Positions 39,386 through 48,215 of a stretch of DNA of 64,000 nt are shown here, piece after piece. A program made the position numbers and the translations under genes. Each line of letters opens with the position of its first letter. Position 1 is the first letter of the stretch. The DNA is from Candidatus Multivorans sp. (GTDB taxonomy: Bacteria; Acidobacteriota; Thermoanaerobaculia; Multivoradales; Multivoraceae): contig OZ245033.1 in assembly GCA_965224025.1 (NCBI GenBank), forward strand, positions 1,216,001-1,280,000, given 5' to 3'. The notes under the pieces are model-generated. The model saw nothing but the letters and a program-made list of their open reading frames with translations. It was not told where the DNA came from and did no database searches.

Positions 39386-39775
39386 TCACGCTGGGCGGGA
39401 GCGCTCCTCCAGATAGACCGCCACCTGCGCCTTTCCCAGGTTGCCGGCGGCGACGCCGAGGACCAGTTCCGCGATTTCGTCTGGCTCTGCCACCACGTCG
39501 AGATCGTTGAGCCACAGGAAAGCGAGACAGGCGGCGAGGGCCGTGCGCTTGTTTCCGTCCAGGAACGGATGGTTGTTGCATAGATGGAAGAGGTAGGCGG
39601 CGGCCATCTCGAAGAGGGTCGAATGGAGGAGCTCGCCGCCGTACGTCGCTGCGGGCATAGCGAGGGCGGACGCAAGGAGTCCGCTGTCGCGTAGGCCTTC
39701 CGTTCCGCCGTAGCACTCGATCTGCTCTGCCTGGATCGCGAGGACTTCATCGAGCGTGAGGAATACCGGCTCCAC
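39386..39775 (-). CDS. doc: Doc/Fic-family toxin
   Basis: HPFLDGNKRTA Fic motif, GLRDSGLLASAL. Confidence 0.92.
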   Translation of the reverse strand: MEPVFLTLDEVLAIQAEQIECYGGTEGLRDSGLLASALAMPAATYGGELLHSTLFEMAAAYLFHLCNNHPFLDGNKRTALAACLAFLWLNDLDVVAEPDEIAELVLGVAAGNLGKAQVAVYLEERSRPA

Positions 39776-39796
39776 TCGCCCCGAAACGCCTCCGCG

Positions 39797-40024
39797 CTAC
39801 TGCGCCAGCCGCCGGAAGGCCCCGGCGTAGCGCTCGTGCATGCGATTCAGGCCGCGCTTGAGCTTCGATACGCGATCGTCGCTGCGAATCGGACAGATCA
39901 GGATGACGTCGCCGTCCGTCGAGACCTCCAGAAGCGTGTCGCTGTCAATCCCCGTGGCCTTGAGGATTCCCTTGTCCAACACGATCGCTTGGCTATTGCC
40001 GGTCCTGGTCAAGCGCTTCTCCAT
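39797..40024 (-). CDS. AbrB/MazE-type antitoxin
   Basis: LTRTGNSQAIVLDK swapped-hairpin motif; upstream of doc. Confidence 0.85.
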   Translation of the reverse strand: MEKRLTRTGNSQAIVLDKGILKATGIDSDTLLEVSTDGDVILICPIRSDDRVSKLKRGLNRMHERYAGAFRRLAQ

Positions 40025-40098
40025 CGTAAGGACACACTAGCACCGTCGTTCGTACAGAGATAGTGCGCGAAACGAAGTTCGTCATTCAACGGTCCGAG

Positions 40099-41265
40099 TT
40101 ACCCAGACGTCTCCGCGAGCTCGGCTGCCAGATCGATGCCGCCGTTGCGCCAGGCAGCATCGGTGGCGTGGAGTTCGCCGGCGGGGGCGAAGCGGGAGAC
40201 GCCGGCTTGTTCGAAGGCGCGGCGGACGGTCGCGGGCGTGTGGCCGGCGACGGCGATGCCTTGGATGCGGCCGTTCCAGTCGTAGAGGGTTGGGAACTCG
40301 GAGACGGAGTGGATGCGGACGGTGCGCAGGCCGGGAGAAGGGTTGATCGTGGCGTCGTTCTCGACGATCACGGTGCCGGCGTCGAGCGCGTCGCCAAACC
40401 AGGCGAGACCGCGGAAATCGGCGTCTTCGCGGGCTAGGCGGACGCCGGCGCGTTCGGCGTGGCTTGCCCGGCCGGGCGGAAGTGCGGCCGCGAGTTCCGA
40501 AAGCGCGTCGGCGAGGGCGAGAGCGAAAGAGTTGGCTGCCGGTTGCTCGACAAGCACGGCCTCGACGGAGAGGCAGCCGCGCTGGTCGAAGAGCGCGATG
40601 TCGAGGGCCATGCCGCGAGCTGCCCGATTCACGTCGGCATCGGGGCCTACCCAGCCGAGGCTCAGCTTGGGGCCGAAGGCGACGAGCTTCCGGGGGCCTG
40701 CGGCCGCGATGGAGGCGATCGTCGACTCGTTTCCATAGGCGGCGACGAGCCGGGCGCGAGCGCACAGGGGAGCTTCGATCGAGGCGTCGCCGCCGGTCCA
40801 CATGGCGGTGGCGTAGGCATTGCGCAGGATGGGGCGCCGGCGACCCAGGGCGGCAAGGAATGCCGGTGCGAAGAAGGGCTCGGCCCGCGATGACTTGAAC
40901 AGGACAGGCGTGCGCGCGGCCAGGGCCGGCAGCAGGGACTGGAGGATCAGGCCCGGCGGGTTTGCCGGCAAGACGACGAGGTTGAAGCCGTCCGCGTGCT
41001 GCTTCGGTGCGCGGCGAAGCGTCGCGGCTGCGGGCTCGCCGGCCATGCCAAGGCCGATGGTCCGGAGGCCGCGGTCGAGGCCGGCGGGGGAGAGGCGGGT
41101 TGCGGCCAGCAGGTCGGGGTCGAGGGCGCGACGTTCGGGGCTCGCGGGGTCCAGGAAGGCGCCGAGGGTGTCGTTCCAGGCGGCGAGGAGATCGTTGGTG
41201 GGGATGGCGCGGAGCGCGGCCGAGGCCGCGGCGAGGCCCAGGACGGTGGCTTCGGGGGTGCTCAT
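40099..41265 (-). CDS. Acyl-CoA reductase (LuxC-like)
   Basis: KSSRAEP, VAAYG, FGPKLS, DIALFDQRGCLS. Confidence 0.8.
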   Translation of the reverse strand: MSTPEATVLGLAAASAALRAIPTNDLLAAWNDTLGAFLDPASPERRALDPDLLAATRLSPAGLDRGLRTIGLGMAGEPAAATLRRAPKQHADGFNLVVLPANPPGLILQSLLPALAARTPVLFKSSRAEPFFAPAFLAALGRRRPILRNAYATAMWTGGDASIEAPLCARARLVAAYGNESTIASIAAAGPRKLVAFGPKLSLGWVGPDADVNRAARGMALDIALFDQRGCLSVEAVLVEQPAANSFALALADALSELAAALPPGRASHAERAGVRLAREDADFRGLAWFGDALDAGTVIVENDATINPSPGLRTVRIHSVSEFPTLYDWNGRIQGIAVAGHTPATVRRAFEQAGVSRFAPAGELHATDAAWRNGGIDLAAELAETSG

Positions 41266-41269
41266 ACCG

Positions 41270-41316
41270 GACCGGCGCTTTGCGCCGGATGCGGACCAGA
41301 GGGTCCGCGCACCCAG
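41270..41316. repeat. REP-like palindrome, family 1
   Basis: GACCGGCGCTTTGCGCCGGATGCGGACCAGAGGGTCCGCGCACCCAG between the luxE-like and luxC-like genes. Confidence 0.75.
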
Positions 41317-41368
41317 AGACAGGGCGTCGTGGTGGCGGTGTTCTCTACGGTTCACGATCGGTAGCCTC

Positions 41369-42412
41369 TCACGTCGCACCCAGTTCTTCCGTAGTCAACG
41401 AACAGCCGCGGAGTTCGGCGCCGGTGGCGCGGCCGAGCAGGCGGAAGGCGCCGTCTTCCCGGGCGCCCAGGTCCTCGGTCAGCACGTGGCAGACGGATCC
41501 GACGTTGGCGAGGTCGAAGAAGGAGAGCAGCCCGGTACGCCCGTCCTCGACTTCCTTGAGCGATTCGGGATCGAGGATGCGGAACGGCATCCATGGCGGC
41601 GTGCGCAGCAGCTCGCCGCCGGGTCGGGAGTAGGCCTGACTGGTCAATTCCGTCATGCCGTACTCGCGGACGATCGCTTCCCGGTCCAGGCCGAGCAGGG
41701 TGCGGGCGCGGCGCCGGACATCCTCCGGCGTTGTCTCGAGGCGCTGGCCCTTGAAGCCGCCGGTCTCGAAGACGCGGCTTGCGGCCGGCAGTCGGATCGC
41801 GTGTCCGGTCTCACCCTCCAGGTGGTCGAGCAGGAGAACGAGGGCGAGGGCGGTGGCCAGGATCAGCACCGGCTTGCCCTCGCCGCGTCCCTGCAGCCAG
41901 CGGCGGGCCGGCTCGACGTCGATGCCGCCGGTGGAGACGGCCCAGACGCTGCCGGGCGCGGCGTGGCGCTCGAACACGTGGTCCGCCATGAAGGAGAGGC
42001 TCGAGTCGGGGGCCGCGGCGCGGTCGGGGATGAGCGAGAGGATCGATACCCGCGTGCGGCCAGTCGGCAGGCAGGCGGCGGCGAAGGAGGCGTCGATCAC
42101 GGTCCGGTAGAGATCGGGGTACGGGTGGTAGTGGACGCTCCGTCGCTCCGCGCCGCGGGTGGTGCCGCTGCTGCGGAAGACCTCCCGGGGCTCGGCGGCG
42201 GCGAGGCGTAGCGACTTGAAGGCCGAGGTGGGTACCGGCGGCGCCGCGCGCCAGTCGTCGAGGGCGCCGGGGGCGATCCCGCGCCGTTCGCACAGGCGGC
42301 GGTAGGGCTCGACGCGCTCGTAGCTGAAGCGTGCTGCTGCCGGGGCGAATTCGTCGAAGCTGCCTTCACCGGTGCTGACGAAGCGCTCGATGCGCTGCCG
42401 GAGACCGGTCAT
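41369..42412 (-). CDS. Acyl-protein synthetase (LuxE-like)
   Basis: FRSSGTT, SSLSFM, ETGGFKG, EYGMTELTSQAY, DLAN, TEDLG, LGR..GAELRGCS. Confidence 0.88.
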   Translation of the reverse strand: MTGLRQRIERFVSTGEGSFDEFAPAAARFSYERVEPYRRLCERRGIAPGALDDWRAAPPVPTSAFKSLRLAAAEPREVFRSSGTTRGAERRSVHYHPYPDLYRTVIDASFAAACLPTGRTRVSILSLIPDRAAAPDSSLSFMADHVFERHAAPGSVWAVSTGGIDVEPARRWLQGRGEGKPVLILATALALVLLLDHLEGETGHAIRLPAASRVFETGGFKGQRLETTPEDVRRRARTLLGLDREAIVREYGMTELTSQAYSRPGGELLRTPPWMPFRILDPESLKEVEDGRTGLLSFFDLANVGSVCHVLTEDLGAREDGAFRLLGRATGAELRGCSLTTEELGAT

Positions 42413-44853
42413 GCGCCGAAGAAGGCCGCCGCTGTGGTGGCGGGGTGGCCGGCGAGTCCCGCGCTGTCCGAGTCTTCGGATTCCGGCCACCACTCGGCCG
42501 GCAGGTGGCGCCGGTAGGGCTGCTGCAGGAAGCGGCGGTCGAGGAGCGCGATCACGCCCCGGTCGTCGGCGGAGCGGATCAGCCGGCCGGCGGCCTGGAC
42601 CACGCGGGTCATGCCGGGCACGACGAAGGCGTACTCGAAGCCGCGCTCGAAGCGCTCGTCGTAGTAGGCCTGAAGCAGCTTCTGTTCCACGGTCACGGCC
42701 GGCAGGCAGGGGCCGACGACGGCTACCGCGAGCAGCGCATCGCCCGGGTAGTCGACGCCTTCGGAGAACACGCCGCCCGCCACCGCCAAGAGCAGCGTGT
42801 CGCCGGCAAGCGGACTGGTCAGTGCGTCGAGCACCTCCTGACGCCGCGCTTCGCTGGTCGTCTGCTGCTGGACCAGGACGTTGCGGCCGCAGTCGGGCAG
42901 CCGTTCCTCGACCTCGGCGAGGAACCGGTAGCTGGGGAAGATGGCCATCGAGTTCCCGGGCACCGAGCGGGCGAACTCGGCCAGCCGCTCGGCGATCGGG
43001 CCGTAGTTTTCCTCGCGGGTGCGGTAGGTCGTGGCCACGGAGGTGTCGACGACGATGCGGCGGTTCTCGGCGGGGAAGGCGCTCGGCACCTCCAGGGTCG
43101 AGGTCCGCGCCTCGTCGAACCCGAGCAGGTCGTGGTAGAACTCGAACGGCTGGAGGGTCGCGGACAAGCCGATGCAGGAGCGGCAGCGGTTGATCGTCGC
43201 CCCCAGGAAGGCGCTCGCGTCCTTGCACAGGAGGCTGAAGCTGGGTTCGCCGTCGGTGCGCCGGAAGAGGAAACTGAAGGACTCGACGTGCTTGGGCGAG
43301 CAGGCGAGCTGAAGCGTGTTGAGGAACCGGAGCAGCTTGAAATAGAGGTCGACGAAGGCGTCGTTGGCGGCAAATGAGCGGGTGTCGCGGCGGAACTCCA
43401 GGTAGTCCACGAAGCCGCGGTCGAAGGCGGGCCGCAGGCGCCAGAGTTCGTCTTCGGGGGCCGCGCCCTCCGCGACCGCGTTGCGGTCGGGCCGATCGAG
43501 TTGCCCGTCGACGCCGGTCCGAATCAGCTCTTCGAGCGCGGCACAGAGTTCGCGCAGGCGATTGGTGGGTCCGCCCTCGGCGCCGCGGCCCACCCGTCGC
43601 AGGCTCGCCGCGGCCTCCCGGCACCCCTTCGCGGCCAGTTCCGGGCTGTAGTAGCCGCGGCCGCGGTCGATGAGGTTGTGGATCTCGTCGACGATCAGGA
43701 CCGTGCCGGAGAGGTCCGCGTCGCCCTGGAACTCGGTCAGCTTGACGAAGGGGTCGAGGGCGTAGTTGTAGTCGCCGACCACTACCTGGACCTGGCGCCC
43801 GAGTTCGAGACTGATCTCGAACGGGCAGACGCGGGTGCCCTTGGAGGCGGCGTAGATCGCGTCCGGTTCCAGCAGGCTGTGCTCTTCGAGCAGCCGGGGG
43901 ATGAGCCGGCTGCGTTGCAGCTTGACGTAGTAGTCGCGGGCGTACTGGCAGTAGTCCTCGTGGCAGATGATCTCGTCGTTCGCGCACATCCGCGCCTTCG
44001 CTCGCAGATGGAGAGCGTGGAAGGCGCGCTCGCGGTTGAGCAGGTCGATGACCCGGTTCGCCATCGCTGCCTGAGTGTTCTTCGCCGTGAGGACGAACAC
44101 GCGCAGGTCGCGGGCGAGCGCCTCGCGCAGCACCGGGAAGAGGACGGCGGCGGTCTTGCCGAGGCCCGTAGGCGCCTGGACCAGCAGGTGCTCGCGCTGC
44201 CCTATGGCGAGTCCTGCGCGGTGGACGATCTCCTGCTGGCCGGGCCGCGGCTGGTGGAAGGGGAACTCGAGCCGTTCGGCGGCCAGCTCCCGTCGCTGGC
44301 GATGGGCGCGGGCCGCCTGGTAGTCGTGGACGAGGGAGTTGAGCCGCACCCGGATGCCGGTCTCGAGCTCCTCCCAGTCGAACTCGACCTCGAGCCGCTC
44401 GATGTCGGCCGTTCCGATCGCGATCAGGACGAGTTCGGCGCGCACCGGCAGCGGGGCGGCGCCAGACCGGTGCAGGATCCAGCCGTAGATCGCCGCCTGC
44501 TGGCGATAGGTCGCGAGCAGCCCCGGCGAGGACTCGATGTTCGGCCGCACCGACTTGATCTCCTCGATCGCCAGCGAGCCGTCCGCGTCGCGGTAGACGC
44601 CGTCGGCGCGGCCGGTCAGGGTCACCTGCCACCCGCGGTGGTTGAACTCGAGCGACAGCTCGACTTCGCGCCGGTAGCTCGGCTCGCGCTCCATCGCCTG
44701 TTCCTGGTAGCGGCTGTGGATCGCCTGACCGACCCAGAGCCGCTCGAAGCCGCCCCGGTTGGCGAACCCGAGGTGCCTGGCGGAGCGGTGGTCGAGCAGG
44801 TCCGCCACGGACAGCCGGAGTGTCTTCGCGTCGTCGTCGAAGCGCGGCGCCAT
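42409..44853 (-). CDS. DinG/XPD-family Fe-S helicase with N-terminal PD-(D/E)xK nuclease domain
   Basis: GRADG...IEEIKS nuclease motif; APTGLGKT, DEIHN, SATL, EGVDY, QAAGRLIRS; Fe-S cysteines. Confidence 0.9.
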   Translation of the reverse strand: MAPRFDDDAKTLRLSVADLLDHRSARHLGFANRGGFERLWVGQAIHSRYQEQAMEREPSYRREVELSLEFNHRGWQVTLTGRADGVYRDADGSLAIEEIKSVRPNIESSPGLLATYRQQAAIYGWILHRSGAAPLPVRAELVLIAIGTADIERLEVEFDWEELETGIRVRLNSLVHDYQAARAHRQRRELAAERLEFPFHQPRPGQQEIVHRAGLAIGQREHLLVQAPTGLGKTAAVLFPVLREALARDLRVFVLTAKNTQAAMANRVIDLLNRERAFHALHLRAKARMCANDEIICHEDYCQYARDYYVKLQRSRLIPRLLEEHSLLEPDAIYAASKGTRVCPFEISLELGRQVQVVVGDYNYALDPFVKLTEFQGDADLSGTVLIVDEIHNLIDRGRGYYSPELAAKGCREAAASLRRVGRGAEGGPTNRLRELCAALEELIRTGVDGQLDRPDRNAVAEGAAPEDELWRLRPAFDRGFVDYLEFRRDTRSFAANDAFVDLYFKLLRFLNTLQLACSPKHVESFSFLFRRTDGEPSFSLLCKDASAFLGATINRCRSCIGLSATLQPFEFYHDLLGFDEARTSTLEVPSAFPAENRRIVVDTSVATTYRTREENYGPIAERLAEFARSVPGNSMAIFPSYRFLAEVEERLPDCGRNVLVQQQTTSEARRQEVLDALTSPLAGDTLLLAVAGGVFSEGVDYPGDALLAVAVVGPCLPAVTVEQKLLQAYYDERFERGFEYAFVVPGMTRVVQAAGRLIRSADDRGVIALLDRRFLQQPYRRHLPAEWWPESEDSDSAGLAGHPATTAAAFFGA

Positions 44854-44981
44854 GGCGGCGAGACTACCGCCTGGACGCCCTGTCGAAGGCGGCGACGGGG
44901 CGCCTGTTTCTCTGCCGCGGCCGGACGCTTCGGCGCTTCACGGGTTGTTATTCGAGTGGCGATGGCATAGCCTCGATTCCC

Positions 44982-46019
44982 ATGTCGGACAATTTCCCCG
45001 GCGGCGAGAGCCCGCTCGATCTAGGCAACTTGGCGAAGGTTCTTCGCGAACGGCTCGGCGGCCTGAAGATCGTCGCGCTGGTCGTGGTGGTTGGACTTCT
45101 CCTCCTGTCCAGCGTCTACACGGTGCAGCCCGAGGAGGTCGGAGTGATCCTCCGCCTCGGAAAGTACTCCAGCACCACCGAACCGGGCCTGCGGTTCAAG
45201 ATCCCGTTGATCGACGACCTGACCAAGGTGCCGGTGAGACGCCAGTTGAAGGAGGAGTTCGGCTTCCGGAGCGAGAGCGTGGCGGTACGGAGTTCCTTTG
45301 TGGACAACGCGGAGGAAGCGAAGATGCTGACCGGCGACCTGAACGCGGCGGTGGTCGAGTGGGTCGTGCAGTACCGCGTCGTCGACCCTTACCAGTACCT
45401 GTTCCGGGTCCGCAACCTGGATGACACCTTCCGCGACATGAGCGAGGCGGTGATGCGCAAGGTGGTCGGCGACCGCACCGTGAATGAGGTCCTGACCGTG
45501 GGCCGGGCCGAGATCGAGGGCACGGTCAAGGTTGAACTGCAGGAACTGTGCGACCAGTACGAGACGGGGATTCGCATCGACCAGGTGGTGCTGCAGAGCA
45601 ACAATCCGCCCGAGCCGGTCAAGCCGTCCTTCAACGCGGTCAACCAGGCCGAGCAGGAGCTCGAGCGGCTTGTAAACGAGGCCGAGGCGGAGTACAACCG
45701 GGTCATCCCCCGCGCCGAAGGCCGGGCGGGGCAAACGATTCAGCAGGCGGAGGGCTACGCGCTCGATCGGGTCAACCGTGCGCAGGGCGACGCGACGCGC
45801 TTCAACGCCCTCTACGAGGAATTCCGCAGGGCGCCCGAGGTAACGCGCAAGCGGATGTTCATCGAGACGATGGAGCGGGTACTGCCGAATGTGGGCCGAA
45901 AGATCGTCGTCGATGAGGACGTAGAGGGGCTCACGCCGATCTTGACCTTCGAGGGAGTCAGCGCGGCGCGGGCGTCGCGGCAGGTGGCGGCTCAGCAGGC
46001 CGGGGAGGGATCGCCATGA
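44982..46019 (+). CDS. hflK: FtsH modulator HflK
   Basis: SPFH domain, MLTGDLN, VIPRAEG, RVNRAQGD. Confidence 0.93.
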   Translation: MSDNFPGGESPLDLGNLAKVLRERLGGLKIVALVVVVGLLLLSSVYTVQPEEVGVILRLGKYSSTTEPGLRFKIPLIDDLTKVPVRRQLKEEFGFRSESVAVRSSFVDNAEEAKMLTGDLNAAVVEWVVQYRVVDPYQYLFRVRNLDDTFRDMSEAVMRKVVGDRTVNEVLTVGRAEIEGTVKVELQELCDQYETGIRIDQVVLQSNNPPEPVKPSFNAVNQAEQELERLVNEAEAEYNRVIPRAEGRAGQTIQQAEGYALDRVNRAQGDATRFNALYEEFRRAPEVTRKRMFIETMERVLPNVGRKIVVDEDVEGLTPILTFEGVSAARASRQVAAQQAGEGSP

Positions 46020-46948
46020 AGATCGCGATGGTTGTCCTGGTTCTGGCGCTGCTGTTGACGGCGAGCAACGCGCTGTTCGTGGTTCCCGAAGACCGCCAGG
46101 CGATCAAGATCCAGTTGGGCGCGCCGGTAGGCGACGCCATAGACACTCCCGGTCTCAAGTTCAAGCTACCCTTCATCCAGAGAGCGCAGTACTTCGACCG
46201 CCGCTTCCTGGAGTGGCAGGGCTCCGCGGAGGAACTGCCCACCCGCGACAAGGTGTTCATCTTCGTCGACACTTACGCCCGCTGGCGGATCTCGGACCCC
46301 TTGCTGTTCTTTCAGCGGCTGAACGACGAGCGCGGCGCGCAGTCCCGGCTCGACGACATCCTGGACGGGGAGACCCGCAACGCGATCGCGAACCACGACC
46401 TGATCGAGGTGATTCGCAGTTCCAACCGCGAGGCGGCGGCGGACGAGTCGTACCCGGACGCCGGCGGCGGACTCGAAACGATCGTCACCGGCCGCGACAA
46501 GATCCGCCAGGACATCCTGGCCGCGGCGCGGGCGCGTACGGAGGACCTCGGCATCGAGGTGCTGGACGTGCAGTTCCGGCGCATCAACTACGGCGAGCAG
46601 GTCGAGCCCGACGTGTTCAACCGGATGATCTCCGAGCGCCAGCGCATAGCCGACCGCTTCCGTTCCCAAGGTCAGGGCCAGGCGTCGGAGATTCTCGGCA
46701 ACATGGACCGCGACCTGAAGCGGATCGAGTCCGAGGCCTACCGTCAGGCGACCGAGATTCGGGGCCGGGCCGACGCGGAGGCCACCGAGATATACGCCTC
46801 GGCCTACAACCAGTCCGCGCAGTCACGGAGCTTCTACGAGTTCCTGCGCACGATGGAAGCCTTCGAGCAGACGATCGACTCGGACACCTGGCTGGTGCTC
46901 TCGACCGGCAGCGACTACTACAGTTTCCTGAAGGAAAGCGGACCGTAG
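46016..46948 (+). CDS. hflC: FtsH modulator HflC
   Basis: PGLKFKLPF, YARWRISDP, RMISER, FYEFLRTM. Confidence 0.93.
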   Translation: MKIAMVVLVLALLLTASNALFVVPEDRQAIKIQLGAPVGDAIDTPGLKFKLPFIQRAQYFDRRFLEWQGSAEELPTRDKVFIFVDTYARWRISDPLLFFQRLNDERGAQSRLDDILDGETRNAIANHDLIEVIRSSNREAAADESYPDAGGGLETIVTGRDKIRQDILAAARARTEDLGIEVLDVQFRRINYGEQVEPDVFNRMISERQRIADRFRSQGQGQASEILGNMDRDLKRIESEAYRQATEIRGRADAEATEIYASAYNQSAQSRSFYEFLRTMEAFEQTIDSDTWLVLSTGSDYYSFLKESGP

Positions 46949-46970
46949 CCACTCGGCGGTCAGTCGCTAG

Positions 46971-48170
46971 ATGACCGGCCTGATCGGACTCCTCGTCATC
47001 CCGGGCATCGCCTGGCTGCTTTCGACGAATCGCTTCAAGGTCCGTTGGCGGACCGTGGTCACGGGCATGGCGATCCAGTTCGTCCTTGCCCTGCTGATCC
47101 TGAAAACGGCACCGGGGGAGGCGTTCTTCGAGGTCGCCACGGATGTCGTGACCACCTTCCTGGCTTTCGCCGACGACGGCTCGCGCTTCGTCTTCGGCGA
47201 GGGGTTCGACCACGTCCCGTTCGCCTTCCGGGTGCTGCCGACGATCATCTTCTTCTCGAGCGTGGTCGCGGTGCTGTACCACCTCGGCGTCATTCAGCGG
47301 GTGGTCAAGGTGTTCGCCATCGTCATGACGAAGGTGATGGGCACCTCCGGCCCCGAGTCACTGTCGGCTTCGGCCAACATCTTCGTGGGCCAGACCGAGG
47401 CGCCGCTGCTGATCCGCTCCTACGTGGGCAAGATGACCCGCTCGGAGCTGATGGCGGTGATGACCGGAGGCTTCGCCACCGTCGCCGGGGGCGTGCTGGC
47501 GGCTTACGTGGGCATGGGCATCGAGGCCGGTCACCTGATCGCGGCCAGCGTCATGTCGGCGCCGGCCGCTCTGGTCATGGCCAAGCTGATGATCCCCGAG
47601 ACTGAAACGGATCGGGTTTCGGCGGACACCGACTTCAAGGTCAAGACGCCGTGGGCGAACATGATCGACGCCGCCGCCCAGGGCGCCGGCGACGGCATGA
47701 AGCTGGCGATCAACGTCGGCGCCATGCTGCTTGCCTTCATCGCCCTGGTGGCGCTGGTCAACGGCCTGCTCGGGCCGGTGGGGGGCTGGATCGGGCTGCC
47801 CGGCCTGAATCTGGAGATGATCCTCGGCTTCCTGTTCCGGCCCCTGGCCTGGGTCATGGGGGTGCCGTGGGCCGAAGCGGACGCGGTGGGAACCCTCCTC
47901 GGGCTCAAGACCGCGGCCAACGAGTTCGTCGCCTACTCCCGCTTCGAGGACATCTCGGCCGAGACCGGGTTGTCGGAGCGCTCGCGGGTCATCGCCACCT
48001 ACGCCCTCTGCGGCTTCTCGAACTTCTCGTCGATCGCCATCCAGATCGGCGGCATCGGCGGCATCGCCCCGGAGCGCAAGAGCGAACTGGCGAGCCTCGG
48101 CCTGCGCGCGATGATCGCCGGCACCCTTGCCTGCCTGCAGACGGCGACGATCGCCGGCCTGCTGATCTGA
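46971..48170 (+). CDS. nupC: CNT-family nucleoside transporter
   Basis: NIFVGQTEAP, GFATVAG, NEFVAY, CGFSNFSS. Confidence 0.93.
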   Translation: MTGLIGLLVIPGIAWLLSTNRFKVRWRTVVTGMAIQFVLALLILKTAPGEAFFEVATDVVTTFLAFADDGSRFVFGEGFDHVPFAFRVLPTIIFFSSVVAVLYHLGVIQRVVKVFAIVMTKVMGTSGPESLSASANIFVGQTEAPLLIRSYVGKMTRSELMAVMTGGFATVAGGVLAAYVGMGIEAGHLIAASVMSAPAALVMAKLMIPETETDRVSADTDFKVKTPWANMIDAAAQGAGDGMKLAINVGAMLLAFIALVALVNGLLGPVGGWIGLPGLNLEMILGFLFRPLAWVMGVPWAEADAVGTLLGLKTAANEFVAYSRFEDISAETGLSERSRVIATYALCGFSNFSSIAIQIGGIGGIAPERKSELASLGLRAMIAGTLACLQTATIAGLLI

Positions 48171-48215
48171 GTCGGTCGCGTAGCGCCTCCGCGGCGCTAG
48201 GATGGCGGTTGGTCC

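Noticed and set aside
41369-44632. 1087-aa ORF from the ORF track
   Set aside because: Only the last ~347 aa (LuxE-like) look real; the rest is an alternative frame of the helicase gene
42409-44853. Cas4-like nuclease plus DinG suggesting a type IV CRISPR system
   Set aside because: No repeat-spacer array or cas5/6/7 genes in the window; this nuclease-helicase fusion is a common standalone family
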